A stretch of DNA of 64,000 nt from Paraspadella gotoi (lineage: Eukaryota > Animalia > Chaetognatha): positions 2,602,063 to 2,666,062 of the forward strand of contig CM119268.1 in assembly GCA_051294375.1 (NCBI GenBank), given 5' to 3'. Below the pieces are notes generated by a model that was not told the origin of the DNA, did no database searches, and saw only the letters and a list, made by a program, of their open reading frames with translations. Positions 1 through 13,200 of the stretch are shown piece after piece; the stretch's first letter is position 1, and every line of letters begins with the position of its first letter. Made by a program: the position numbers and the translations under genes.

Positions 1-509
1 TAGACTCGTATTGACTCTGTCTAAATAAGATTGTCGATTGGCGAGACGAACAAGGATGCGAAGAATGATATTTCGTTTGATAATGATATATGATATAGTC
101 TGTTCAAAGACAGGAGCACGATCTAGCTTGTTCATTAAATTAATAAATCAAATTTAATTAATTGATTTAAAAAAGGATCAAGATCCAAAGTGTTATTTCC
201 GAGACGGAAATTTTCATCTTTAACGTAATGGGATTTTTCAGTTTAAAAAAAAAAAGGAGTTTTACGAAATGACTTTCATTCATAACATTAAATCATACAT
301 TGAAGCAGATGCATAGCGACCGAAAGAATAACGTGCGAAAGTTGCAAAGTTTAAATGAATTCCAAGTAACAAAGCCCCACGCAGTCTTTCACTAAGTGTC
401 AGTCCTTTTTTCTGCAAGAGAAACCGTCAGCGCCCCCTTTGCGTTGATTGCACCTCAATCGCTGCTGGATTGATGGAAACCGGCGCCGAGAGTCTCAGCG
501 TCGTTGAGG

Positions 510-661
510 TCACGTGACGTTGGGACGGTTGGCGCCGTCGAGGGGGCGTTGGCGTCGCCTCCGATGGATGAAGAGTCGAAGATTGTTGGAATCGATAAGA
601 AAGCCTTGAAAAACAAGATAAGATTATGATATTTTGCGCTCTCTCTCTCTCTCTCTCTCTC

Positions 662-717
<56 letters not shown>

Positions 718-2882
718 CTCTCATTACCTTTGGCTCGTTTCTCCGCTTCTCTGTTTTTCAAAACGAGTTTCAATTCTTCTCGAACTTCGACCGGAAATGC
801 GGCCACGCCCTTTGACGTTACCGAGTGCCGTCGGGACGCGAAAGACGCCAGAGGCAGCGGCGTTTTGGAGACCGGCGCTTGTTGTTGTTGTTGTTGTTGT
901 GACGTCAACAGTCGATGTTGAAAAAGTGTTGTTGTCGATAGCGGACGATTCGATTTCGATGTCGACGGAAATCGTAATGGAGACGGAAACTTTGGCGTCG
1001 CGCATCCTGACCACAAAAGCGGACGACCAAACTGTGGTGACTCGAATTGTGTGCGTTGCGAAACTTGCGATAAGACGGGCCGTTTTGGCGAGCGGAGATT
1101 ATGCTGCCGTCTTGGTGACGACGACAATTCTAGTTGCGTGGATTCGGCCAAAGAAAAAATCGGTGATGATGACGTAAACGAGTGGAAATTAAAAGTCGAA
1201 GTTGGTGGCTTCATTTTCTGGTGATCTTGAGCAGATGACTCAAATTTATTGGACGATCCACTCGAACATCCAACAGAGCGCTCTTCACTTATTTTCGAGT
1301 CTTTTGTCTCTAAATTTGCGTCGGTGGAGACGCCTGTGAAGATTTGGTTAGTTTTCTTTTCGTGGCACCAACAATATTTTTTTGTTTCTTGATAAACACC
1401 AAATTTTGTTTCGCCTCCGAGCGAAGATGGCGCCATGAAGTTTTCAACAACTTGCAGATACTCTGGAAAAAAACAAAAGCACAATGAACATAACATTTCT
1501 GTCTGACTGTTAGTTTGTTAGATTATTAAATTGTTAGAATACTTAATTAAGTTCAACAAATAATCAACCAATTCCTCACCATCGAACTTTCCTCTACGAA
1601 CGCGGACATCCTTCAGGTCGTCACGCTGCCGCAGCTCATCTCCATTCGCTTCAACGCAGTCGCTCCTCAAAGTCTTCGGACGCAACCCGGGAATCTTTTG
1701 TGGACGCGACGCGGAATTCTTCGTCGAAGGTCGATGGATCGGAGTCGACGACATGATTGGCGTCGACCACACCGTCGAGGAGATTAAGTCTAAACTTCCG
1801 GCGGCGGAGAAGGAAGCGGGGCAGGCGGCTGCGGTTCCGGCTGCGGCAGCGGCGGCGGCGGAAGAAAAGGCCACTGAGGCGCTTAGGACGTCGAAGCAGT
1901 CTTTGAATACGGAATCCTTGCCAATCGAGTAAAGAATTTAGTCTCATTGTTTTATATTTTCGTAAAACAAGAAATCTGGATTAACAAATTAACCTCGTAA
2001 ACCTCGTAAACTTAATGTTCTTATTCCAATTTAATCTAAACAAACTTCAGAATCTTCGTCCAGTACGAACATTAACATTTAACGATTAACGATTAACCTT
2101 TAACTAATTAGGAATTATCAATTATCAATTCGTCCCTGCGGCGCCACCTACCTTTTCCTCCTTCAGTCCTAACGAGTGGTAAGGAGGAGGAAGAGGAGGA
2201 GGAGGAGGAGGAGGAGGAGGAGGAGGAGGATGAAGGAGAACCGAGGAATTTACCGACAAAAGGGAATCGACGTCGGAGTAAAGCGACAACTGTGGGGAAG
2301 AAATAAAAGAGAAAAAAAAAAGTTTATATTTGAGTCAATTCTTGTTTATCGAATCCAAATGCAAATATTCTTGACGGGCACCCATCGAATCCATTTAATA
2401 AAATAAACTGGTACCCACCTCCTGCGTAGGCGCCCGCAGCGGCGGCGGCGGCGGCGGCGACGGCGCCGACTCAGCACCGGAAGCGTCCGAATCCAGTTCG
2501 AACATCGACGGTAGCGGCGGAAGCGGTGGAAGCGGCGGCGGTGAAAAATCAGAGGATAATGGATCAGTATCGACCTCGGCGGCGGCATCGGTGGCGGCAT
2601 CGTCGGCATCGGCGGCGGTGCCGGGAAAATCCGGAAGTTCCGTTTCCTCCGGCGAAAGAAAAGAAAGGAAAGGAGGAAGAGGAGGAGAAGTTTGTGACGG
2701 AGGTAAGTTAAGCGAGGACGAACGCAGGGACGAAGGGGTGGGTAAGTCGGGGGGAGGAGGAAGAAGCGGAGAGGGTAAGTCCGGCGGAGGAGAGAGAAGC
2801 GGCGAGGGTAAGTTAAGGCGGCGGCTTTCTTTGGTAAGGAGAGAGATACTTTTCGGTGAAAAAGAGGCCAGATTAAAGTTCG

Positions 2883-2918
<36 letters not shown>

Positions 2919-3537
2919 CGACCGCAAAGTTGTCGTAGATGTTTGTTTCTGCTTTTTCAAAAAAAAAAAGAAAAAAGAAACAAAAGATGAAGGAGTTTGT
3001 TTTTCGTTTCTATTGTACAATACTACTATAAAAATTAATTTAATTAATATTGGGGTTAAGTAGACCGTCATCTCATACTTTAATCTTTGACCCTTAGTCT
3101 GAACTTGAAGTGACCTCATGTCATCTCATATTTTAATTAGTTGATTCAGTGAATGGATGATTCATCCGTGATCCTCTGATCTCAACCTAACTCTGACCAC
3201 CTGACCTCTCCCTTACTTCCGATCCTTTGACCCTTACATGACCTCTCCCTAATTTCTGATCCTTTGACCCTTACCCCTGACTCCCTTCCGCTCATCTTCG
3301 AAACTCTTGGTCAACCAATCGACGAGAGACGACGCCTCACGAATTTCGTCCAACGAGTCACCGGGTGAAGAGGATTCACAGGAGGTGAGATCGTCGTCGT
3401 CGTCGTCGTCGTCACAGAAACCCAAATTCAAAATCGCCGTCGCTAAGATGAGATAAATGAATAAAAAAAGAACGTTAAGCATAATCAATGATTATTATCA
3501 TCATCATCATCATCATCAATTTCATCATAATAATCTT

Positions 3538-3587
<50 letters not shown>

Positions 3588-6500
3588 CAACTTACTTTTC
3601 CTCTTTTCATCTCCCGACTGCATTTCTCTCTTGTTCGTCTCCATCTCTATATTCGTCTCTCTCCCCAATGAGATCAACGACGACTCCATCTCTATCTTTT
3701 TCATCTCCTCATCGATCCCATTCATTCTCCTTCCCGATTTTCCCGCCGCGTCTCTTGTCCTTTTGTTCATTTTCTCCCTCGAGGATTTCCAAGCGACGAC
3801 AGCGCCGCGTCGCGTCGCCGCCGTAAACGTCGTTGTCGTTTTGTTCTTCGAACTTTTCGGCGTCGTTTCTTCGCCGTCGACGTGGAAATCGCAGATGGAA
3901 TTCGAGGCGTCGCCGAGAGTGTCATTTTCGACGTCGTCGTCGTCGTCGTATTCGGCGTCATCGTCGCTTGGCGAAGAACAGCGACACCTATGTCCGTGTC
4001 GTCGTCGACACCTGCGTCGAAAGGGGCGTCGCCAACCGCGTCTTCGGCGTCTATCGTCGTCGCCGATATTTTGGCGCCGCCTTCCACGGCGAAGTTCGTC
4101 GACGACGCCGTCGGGGAAGAAAACGGCGTCGGCTGCGCGATCGGCGTCGTCTTCGACATCCTGGAGTCTCCGACGGCGCCGCGACTCTCTCTCCAGTTCT
4201 TGGAGGAGAGAGAGAAAGACTTGGGTGACGGTGGGCGTGGAGCAAGGGAGACGGCGTAGCGTCTTGCGGGTCTTGACGCTGGAGAGAAAATTACGTCGTT
4301 GAGAGTGGAAAAGGAATAAATTACTCAAAATGGTGATAAGTTGGTCAGTGGTCAGTGGTCACTGGTCAATGGTCACTGCAGGTTAAAGCCACGAGCGCAA
4401 GCTGTCGGTAAAATTCACACACGGGGCTTGCCGGCTTGGTTAAAGTCTGAAACTGTGATAAGAGACATGTTTGTGGATAAGCGAGTGGATAAGCTTGTGG
4501 ATAAGCGTATGGTGGCGTTTGTGGATGAAGAAAACTGTGTCACGTGTGGCTTCTTTAACACTTAAATACGAGGATGTAGTTGGAAATTGCAATAAGTTCA
4601 CCCCGCCTAAAAGCTGGGACCCGGTGGCTCATTGAGTCATACCGTCAGCTCATGACCATTAGGTACAGGGATCTATCCCCAATGGTAAGAAGCGTGAGGA
4701 CGGCCGTAAACCGCCTTGGGGGACCTGGAAAACCCTAGGTTTCCAGCCCAAGACCCGTTTCATGGCTGCAAGAAGGGTAAAAGAAGTTGCGTCTTCAGGC
4801 ACCCAAACTTGTTTCCGGGGGACACATGTTTTATTGGAATAGGTTCTTCAGTTCTTCAGTTGTTTACGATGCTTGCAATGATTATAACTTCGACGCGGCT
4901 TATTAATCCCAGGCTGATAAAGTCCCGCCCCTTACCTTTCGCCCTCGAAGCCTCACTCAGAGTCACTCACCCGTTTTCTCTGAATTCAGAGGCCGGATCG
5001 GAATTCGTTCTCGTCGTCGACAGATAATCGTTCGTCGAGGTCGTCGACGTCAAAGAGATCGACGTCTCCGACGAAGCCGAGATAGGCTCGTCCAGGAGCG
5101 CCACCGGTTCGAAGGAGATCGCCTCGTTATGGAGCGCCAACGGTTCTGCGTTGGGGGATGAAAAGAGGTTGGAAGGCGGGAAATAATAAAAAGATATGAA
5201 CGAAATTAAAAAGAAATCACCTTAAATTGCCATGCCATGCCATGGCATGCCATGCTTACCAATATCGTTTTCGTCAAGAGATTGTTTTTCAACCGAGGAC
5301 GTAACCTCTGGATTTCTGAAAAAGAAATTAATTCAAGATGATAAAATTGATCAATTAAACAAATTCATTAAATACATAACTTAGTCAAATATATTAAATC
5401 AATTAATTGAATTCATGAACTCAATCTAAATCCATTAAATCAAACAAATCAATCAATCGATAAATCAATCGAAGAAATAAAATTTGACCCGTGATTTATT
5501 CACTTTCCCGCCCCGCCGCCGCGAGTGAAAGTCACAAATTTCGAACTTAAGAGACGCGATTATTAAGGCGAAGTGAAAGTTGCAGATGGACAGTTAATTT
5601 TCGCATACGCCCATATTTATACATAGTACTTACCATAGAAAATGTCTAAATTTTAAAAAAGTTTTTTTTTAAGTTTTGAAAGCAGATTCGAATTCCTTAT
5701 AAAAAGTTTATGAAAGAAAATATAAGTCTTAATCAAAAATCTTTCATTAAGTAAGCTAAAAATTAAAAAAAATATATTTTTAGGATTTTGACCCACTTAA
5801 TGAAATAATTTTCAAAAAAAGAAAAATCTATTTTAAAATTTTAATATTTTCAATGGTAAGTACTATGCATCAATATGGGCGTATACGAAAATTGAGAAAT
5901 TAAAAAAAAAATTTTTATATGTTCACAGATACAAGTCTGTTCATGATCTACTATTCGAATTTGGATTCTACTCTAATTTTATATTTTTGCTACGCTTTAG
6001 TGATTATTTTTTCTTCCGCCGACGAGATTACCCGCGTGATTTTTGTCTCTCGTGATCATGTGGGTCTCTGTCTATTATTCTGTCTCTGTCTCTCTCTCTT
6101 TTTTTATCCACTGGACATTTTTAGTCCGAAATACATTTCTTATCGTTCGATGAATAATAATTAATAAAAATCCTCCTTTCGTTTTTTTATCTCTCACAGT
6201 AAATATTTTCCGAAGGATTTCAGTGGAATATTGAAACCAACGAATACGGAATTTAATTTAGAAAGCTAATCTTCAATGATTATACGAACAAAAACTCGGA
6301 TTATTAGCTTTTAAAATTTGGATTTATAACCCGAAATTTGCAAATTAAAAAAAAAAAAAAAAAAACTAATTAAAACAAAATGATTTTGTTCGTCGGGATT
6401 ATGTTTTGTGGCATCAGATTAGGGAACGCCTACGACGAGCCGAGTAAGACACAGTATATTTAAAGAATGTTAACTATTCATCCTAAACATAATATTACAT

Positions 6501-6651
6501 TAACGGTTGACTTAATATCATGTTAACATATTTACGTAGGAAGCAAAATAATTTGCGAAAATGTGAACGAGATTGAGTTTGGTGGAAATTCCTCGGTGAC
6601 CGTCAAAACGGATTTGATACCATTCGTGAATAGTCTCTTCGCTCAAGGTAC

Positions 6652-6748
<97 letters not shown>

Positions 6749-6830
6749 GGAATTATTTTTTTTTTACTTCATGACATCCGTCAAAAGATGATTTAAATAT
6801 AATATATAATAATAATAATAATAATAATAA

Positions 6831-6868
<38 letters not shown>

Positions 6869-9800
6869 CAAAAGAACATCACATGTCTCCCGATCAACTG
6901 ACCCTATTGACCACTTGAACTCTCAACCTATCGCATTAAGAAATCCTCCGCTGCCTCAGCCGCCGCCGCAGAAGCAGCAGAGTTGGCTTCGGCGGCAGCA
7001 GAAACACAATAGTCAAAGTAAGAAAAGCCTCGTACAATTCGCGAGTCGTGAGCTTGTGAAAATTTTTCGGTGAAGAATAACTCCACGCGGAAACGAATTT
7101 TTATTTTCACCCCAACCTCGGTGACTAAAATAGAGTTCGTCACACAAAATATTTTATGTGATAAAATCAAGCAAACCCTCGCTGTTGACAATTTTAATAA
7201 ATATATCGAATATACATAAAACGAGAGAAATCTACGAAAATGACAAACGAGTCCGACGCAACTTCTTCCGCGTCTTACAAAAAACTCGTCCTATCCAAAT
7301 GCCCCGGATGTAACTTCGCCACCGAATCCAAAGAACTTTTAAGCTCTCACCTCTCGATCCACGATTTCCCCGTCGAGATGTCCGTCTTCGAAGAGCTCGT
7401 CAACTTCAAGTGTAGCCTCTGCGGATTCACGAATCAGTTCGAGGATCTCATGATCTCCCACGTTGGCGTCCACGACCACGACAACAACAACGACATCCGC
7501 AAAGCCCAATGGCGCGAATCACTTCGAGTGATGCCAGAAGGAACGGATCTCGAGTCCCTCATGGAATTTCCGACCTTCACTTGCACGATCTGTCGAATGA
7601 CCTTCGACAAGAAACGGAAGTTGACTTGTCACGCTTTGCTTCACGCCGGAGTTAAAGTTTTTATGTGCGGCGATTGCCAATATGTGAAACTGCATCGGAG
7701 TTACTTGATCGACCACATCCAGAGAGTGCACAAGAATACGACTCCGAGACTTTACGTAATGAACGATTTCTCCTTGAAACTCACTGATCACAAGTGTGAC
7801 AACTGCGAACGCTTGTTTCTCACCGAATCGGAAGCGAAGGAGCACCCCTGCGAAAGGCGACGGGATCCGAGAATGGAAAAGAACAAAACTCACAGAACGA
7901 GAGCCGAGTGGCACAAGGAAATTCGCCAAAGATCTTTGAAAAGAAAACAAAAGATGAAAATGGAATTGGAAGAAAGAGCGAAGAAAAGAAAGGAAAAGAA
8001 AGAACGAAAAGAAAAGGAAAAAAAGGAAAAGAGCGAAATGAGTTTAACCTGCGACGTTTGCGGGTACGTGTCGCCGGGACTGACCCACTTCGCCCTACAC
8101 AAGCAGTTCCACAGCAAGCTCTGGTCTCTGAGTTGCAAGCATTGCGGAATCGCGACCAAAAACAAGCAAGCTCTGCGAGATCACTTGAAGACTCACGACG
8201 ATGTCGACGCGGGGATGCTGGAATATTTCGCGGAGACCCCGGCGATGGAACCGAATCGCGAAGACGTGTTCATGTGTGACCTTTGCGATTATACCTCCGT
8301 CGGACCCGTGAAGATGAAGCAACATCAATTGACTCACGCGGAGAAAAAGTGGACTTGCGATCTCTGCGACTTTGCCTCCTCCAGAAAGCAACATCTCCGG
8401 CGTCACATGCAAACTCACTCGACGGAGAAAAAGTATAAATGCGACGACTGCGAATTCGCCGCCGTGACTCGAGCCAGATTGACGCGGCATCGCAAGCAGC
8501 ATCTGGACATCAAACCGTATCGATGCCAGAAATGCGGTTTCGCCTTCACGCAATTGTGCTACTTGAAGCGTCACTTGCAATTCGCCGAACGCGACGAGGC
8601 CTTCAAGTGCCGATTTTGTTGTCACACTAATTCCGTGCGGAACGCGGTTCGATTGCACGAGAGACGAAGTCATCCCGAAGAGAAACCGACTCTTAAGAGG
8701 AAGAAAAAAGTCGAAACGAAATCGGAAACTTGAATTGGGACGAAAAAAATTGACAAGGAATTCTTTTGATAATTTTGTTATTCTTGTGGGTTGTGGTAAT
8801 TAAGTTTTATTAATTTCGTGTTTTCGCTTTAATAAATAACTATGTTTTTAGTTCTTACAGATTGCTGCTTCTCTTTTGATTTGTTTTAATTAAACATAAC
8901 GATTCGTAAGAAATAAAAACGCGATTAAAAATTCAGTATTCTGAGGACTCTTTTTCGTTACTTTTTAATCAGTCATAGTACGATCGTACGATTCAAAATC
9001 TATGTATGATCCTTACTTCCTTAGTTAATTGAGCAATAATTCTAAGTTATTTGTAATATTATCAGTAACAAAACTTTTTTTTAACTTTTATTAACATTTA
9101 GAATTTGTTTTGGACGCAACTTTCGATTACAAAATTAAGATTTCGTCCTCGGATTTTAATCTCGAATTCGTTTTGATTAACAGGTAAAATCGAACGTTAC
9201 TCAAAATAGCTTCAAATGTTATTTTGTTTTTATATTGAAAATCTCTCAAAAAAATTACTGCATTTTTTCAGTTACGACTGCTCGTTCAGCAGAGAGGGGT
9301 TGTCCATCGACAAATGGACGTACGGACTCGCGGACGGAGACGGTCAAGTTGTGTGCGACGACGCCTGTGTTGAAAAGATTCGACACCCCGAGTTTGACGT
9401 GGAGGTTGGGTGGTTTGAAGATTAGACTTAAAAAAAGAGATCGGAAATTCCAATGTGCGACTTTCTTATCCAGTGCATTTCCGTATATCTTTATCATGGG
9501 CTGCATTGGAATCACGTCTTTTATTCTTTATAGTTTTCTTTAAAAACAAAAAGTAGCGCTAGCAGTCGCTTAGAATCAAGGTTTTATTGCTGTCTTAACA
9601 AATGAGCATCCAACGTAAGTGGGATAGTTCGACGGACCGACCGACCGAAAAGTATGATATCCGTTTGGGTCGTTTAATCGAGTGAGTAAGTCATTCGAGA
9701 TTGAATCACCCCGTGTTTAAAGCGCAATCTAATAGAAAAAGTTAATAAATAAATATTTAACTCAGATCGTGTCGCGCGGTTTGACGAACATCACCTTCCC

Positions 9801-10203
9801 TCTGCTCAATCTCACCGTCGACCAAAACATCTCTGTCGTTGTGACCCTAGAAAATCTGAGGGACTTTGTCGCCCTGCCTGTAGCGAACACTGACTCGTTG
9901 AAGACGGTCAAGATTTCCGCGGGAAACGGTTGAAGATGATGATGATGATGATTGATGATAATGATGATGATTAATGATAATGATGATGATTGATGATAAT
10001 GATGCTGATGATGATAATGATGAATATAATAATGATGATGATGATGATGATGATGGTAATGATGAAGAGATGAATTAGAAAGATTTTTTAAAATTTTTCC
10101 CCAAACTCAGGATTTTGCGAGATCGAAGTTGCTTCTCTTCCGACGATTCCGACACCGAGAGAAGAGACGCTTAATCGATCCCAGGACAATCACGTCTCAG
10201 AAA

Positions 10204-10242
<39 letters not shown>

Positions 10243-13200
10243 CGCTCTCTCTCTCTCTCTCGTTCTTTGACAATTGTCAGAAATAGTCTCTTTTGGTTTC
10301 TTCTCGATCCCATCGTCTCTCTATTTAACTTATTAATAATTAATTCATTCATTCATTCGTTTTCAACTCAGATTCGTCGATCGATGATGTTTCTCGGATT
10401 TTCCTTTTCCTCAGCTCATCGAGACAATCCTTGGATGTTTCCTCTAATCGGTATTAAAACTTTTATCATAAATATTAAGATTTAAGTATTTTAAAAATGT
10501 TTTTATTTTAAATTAACTTAATTAGTTTTAATTTAACATTGAAAAAAATTTAGTCATGAAAATTAACATAAAAGTACAAATCGCAGGTCCCGAAATTTAT
10601 GAAACAACGTACGTAACTTTTCTGCTTATCATAGCAGACGAATTTAGCGCCGGTTTTGACCGTGTTTACGCCACGCCCCTCTTTCTCTTTCCAGGCGGCG
10701 CCATCGTCGCCGTTCTCGTTGGGTCTCTCTGTTTCGTCAAAGGTAGACGCCGCTACTACGACGACGACTACAACGACGAACCGGAGTGCGATCAAAAGCG
10801 ATCGAAGAGTGGACCGGTGTGATGGGGTGGAGAGATGAAGAGAGGAGTGTTGGATCATAGTTACGATTATGTGTTGGTTAAGGCTGAGGGTGATTTGAAG
10901 TGAGGGTTTGGAAGTAGTGTGGAATTCTTACTCTTTAATTTCCTGCCTCGTGAGTAGTGATAAATGTTATTTTAATTCACATCACATTTTTCACAGTATT
11001 TGACAACTGTTCGAACCGTTATTTATTTATATTAAAAATAATATTGCTAGAAACTACTTACTCTGCCCCAATCGCGTCGATAATTGGACGCCGCTTTGGT
11101 TCCATTTGATGGAAGCGATTGTCTTTTGTCTCAAATTCGTCCTCGAGATTTCTTTTCGATTTCGACGCCGCGAGTCGCTGCTTTAGTGAATTCACGAAAT
11201 CTCTCTCGTAAGAGGGAGAGAAAACGACAACGGAATCTGAGCGGTAAGAAAAGGAAATAATGAAAAATAGTTTTAATTTTCGCAACAATTAATTTAATGA
11301 CATGAAAATTCCATTATTTAGTTCATGGTGTCCATAAAAATGCTTTCTTTTTAGACGAAGCTTGCTCGTAAGCATTTTAAGGTCTAACTTTGTTACATAA
11401 AAATTGACCGATTTCTAAACTTTACATAATAATATCAAATAAAATATAAACTTCCCTCCCAACTCGCCTCTCTTCTCCCTTTTCTCCGACTTTTCGACGC
11501 CCGATTTCCGGCGCGTTTCCCCCGGCGCCATTCTCTTAGCGGCTCCGGCGTCACGCAAAGGAGGTCGGCGACGTAAACCGGCGTCGTTTGGGCGTGGCAC
11601 TTGTTGGAGAATCGACGCCGGTATTGGGATTTGTTGAAGGCGGAAGCTCGCTTCGTGGGAACTTAAGAATGGAGGGCGTGGAATAAAATGCATAATTGTA
11701 GTCGGGCATTGCAAGAAGTGTAGCAGATTCATTTGAGAATTATCTGAAATATCCCTCTGTTAGATAAGTACATCCCGCCTATAGTATAAGCATGACTCCA
11801 TCACACCTTCAGTTATGTGGATCAGGACTTCAGGAGCTAAGTGGGCTGAATAGTGCAATCCGCAACTTCTTTAACCCCCTCTAACTGCCATGGAACGGGT
11901 CATGGGCTTGGAACAAGGCTCAAGGGTTTTCCACACCCCCAAGGCGGTTTTTTTCCCGCAGGGTAAGTACCGGGTTCGGATTGAACCCGGTACCTATTGG
12001 GCATGAGCTGATGGCTTTACCACCGGGTCACAACTGTAGGTGTCATGCTTATAGGCGGGGTGAACTTATGCAATGCCCGATTACAGTTATGACCCGGCGG
12101 CTAATTGAGTAATACCATCGGCTCATGACCATCAGTTACCGGGATTGATTCCCAATGGTACCAACCCTGCGGAAAGCGTGAGGGGCCTTGGAAACCCCCA
12201 ACCGCCATCCGTTCCATTGCTGCTTAGGGGGCACAGATGATGCAGATGGTAGTTTTGAGCCCACTTAGCGCCTTATCCACTCAATTAATAAGCTTTGATT
12301 TGACGATGCTGTGATGTAGACAGGTTTTACAAAAAATGCGGGATTGTTCGATCAATGATATTCTTAACATTAAGTCATTAACATAGCGAAAAAATATATT
12401 TAAATATATTTAAATGTTTTTTCCAGTTTTCCGCTTTTCAACTATCCTCACAAAGTGTGAAAATATATTTCTATAAATGTAAAACAAAATCCTTAAATCT
12501 ATAAATTTAAAATCCAAATGTCTCACTCTCACTCTAACCCTCTCGCGCTGTCTCTCGATTCCTGATCCGGATTCTGATCTCGACGTTTTCGTCTGCTCTT
12601 CCCTCTTTCTCCCTCTGACGGACGGAGATGAAATCTGACGGGTTAGTAACGCCCTCTCGATTCTGGAAGAGAAAGTTTAGTTTGAGAACAAAAGGCGACT
12701 CAATGTAGGTTTTGGACTTTGACAAACCTATTAATTCGAATAAATTGTAATGAAATTTAATTTCAATTCCGTATTTTAATACCGTAAACATAAAACCTTT
12801 CGAACATTAAACCATTATACCAAAAAAAGTGTACCGTCACCTTTTTCGAAACTTTGTTATCGTCTTCTTCTTGTTCTTCTTCTTCGTCGTCATTCTGTTC
12901 TCTTGATTCTCCGCTCTTGTGTCCAGAGTCGCCATCCTCCGTCCATCCTTCGGGATCCAAGTATTTAAGGAGACCGTTTCGACAGTCGTCGTCGTCATCG
13001 TCGTTTTTGTCGTCATGGTCGTTGTCCCCGGTTGTCGATTTCTGATAGAAAAGATATCAGAGAAAACGAAACATGCGTTATGCCTTATCCTTCCTACTTT
13101 TCGATATCTTTCTCTCTCTGTCCCCAAAATTAAGCGTTCGGTCAATTTTCGCGCGCGTTTCTCAAAGTAAGAGAGATATTTTAGTCTCATTTATGAACTC

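Noticed and set aside
455-1177. ORFs with RERERE or LSLSLS runs here and throughout the window
   Set aside because: They are translations of (AG)n/(CT)n microsatellites, mostly intronic.
3457-4302. 281-aa plus-strand poly-His ORF
   Set aside because: It comes from the (CAT)n repeat plus the antisense of a minus-strand exon.
4615-4690. Possible tRNA-Met gene
   Set aside because: No complete cloverleaf; it is embedded in a repeated SINE-like body.
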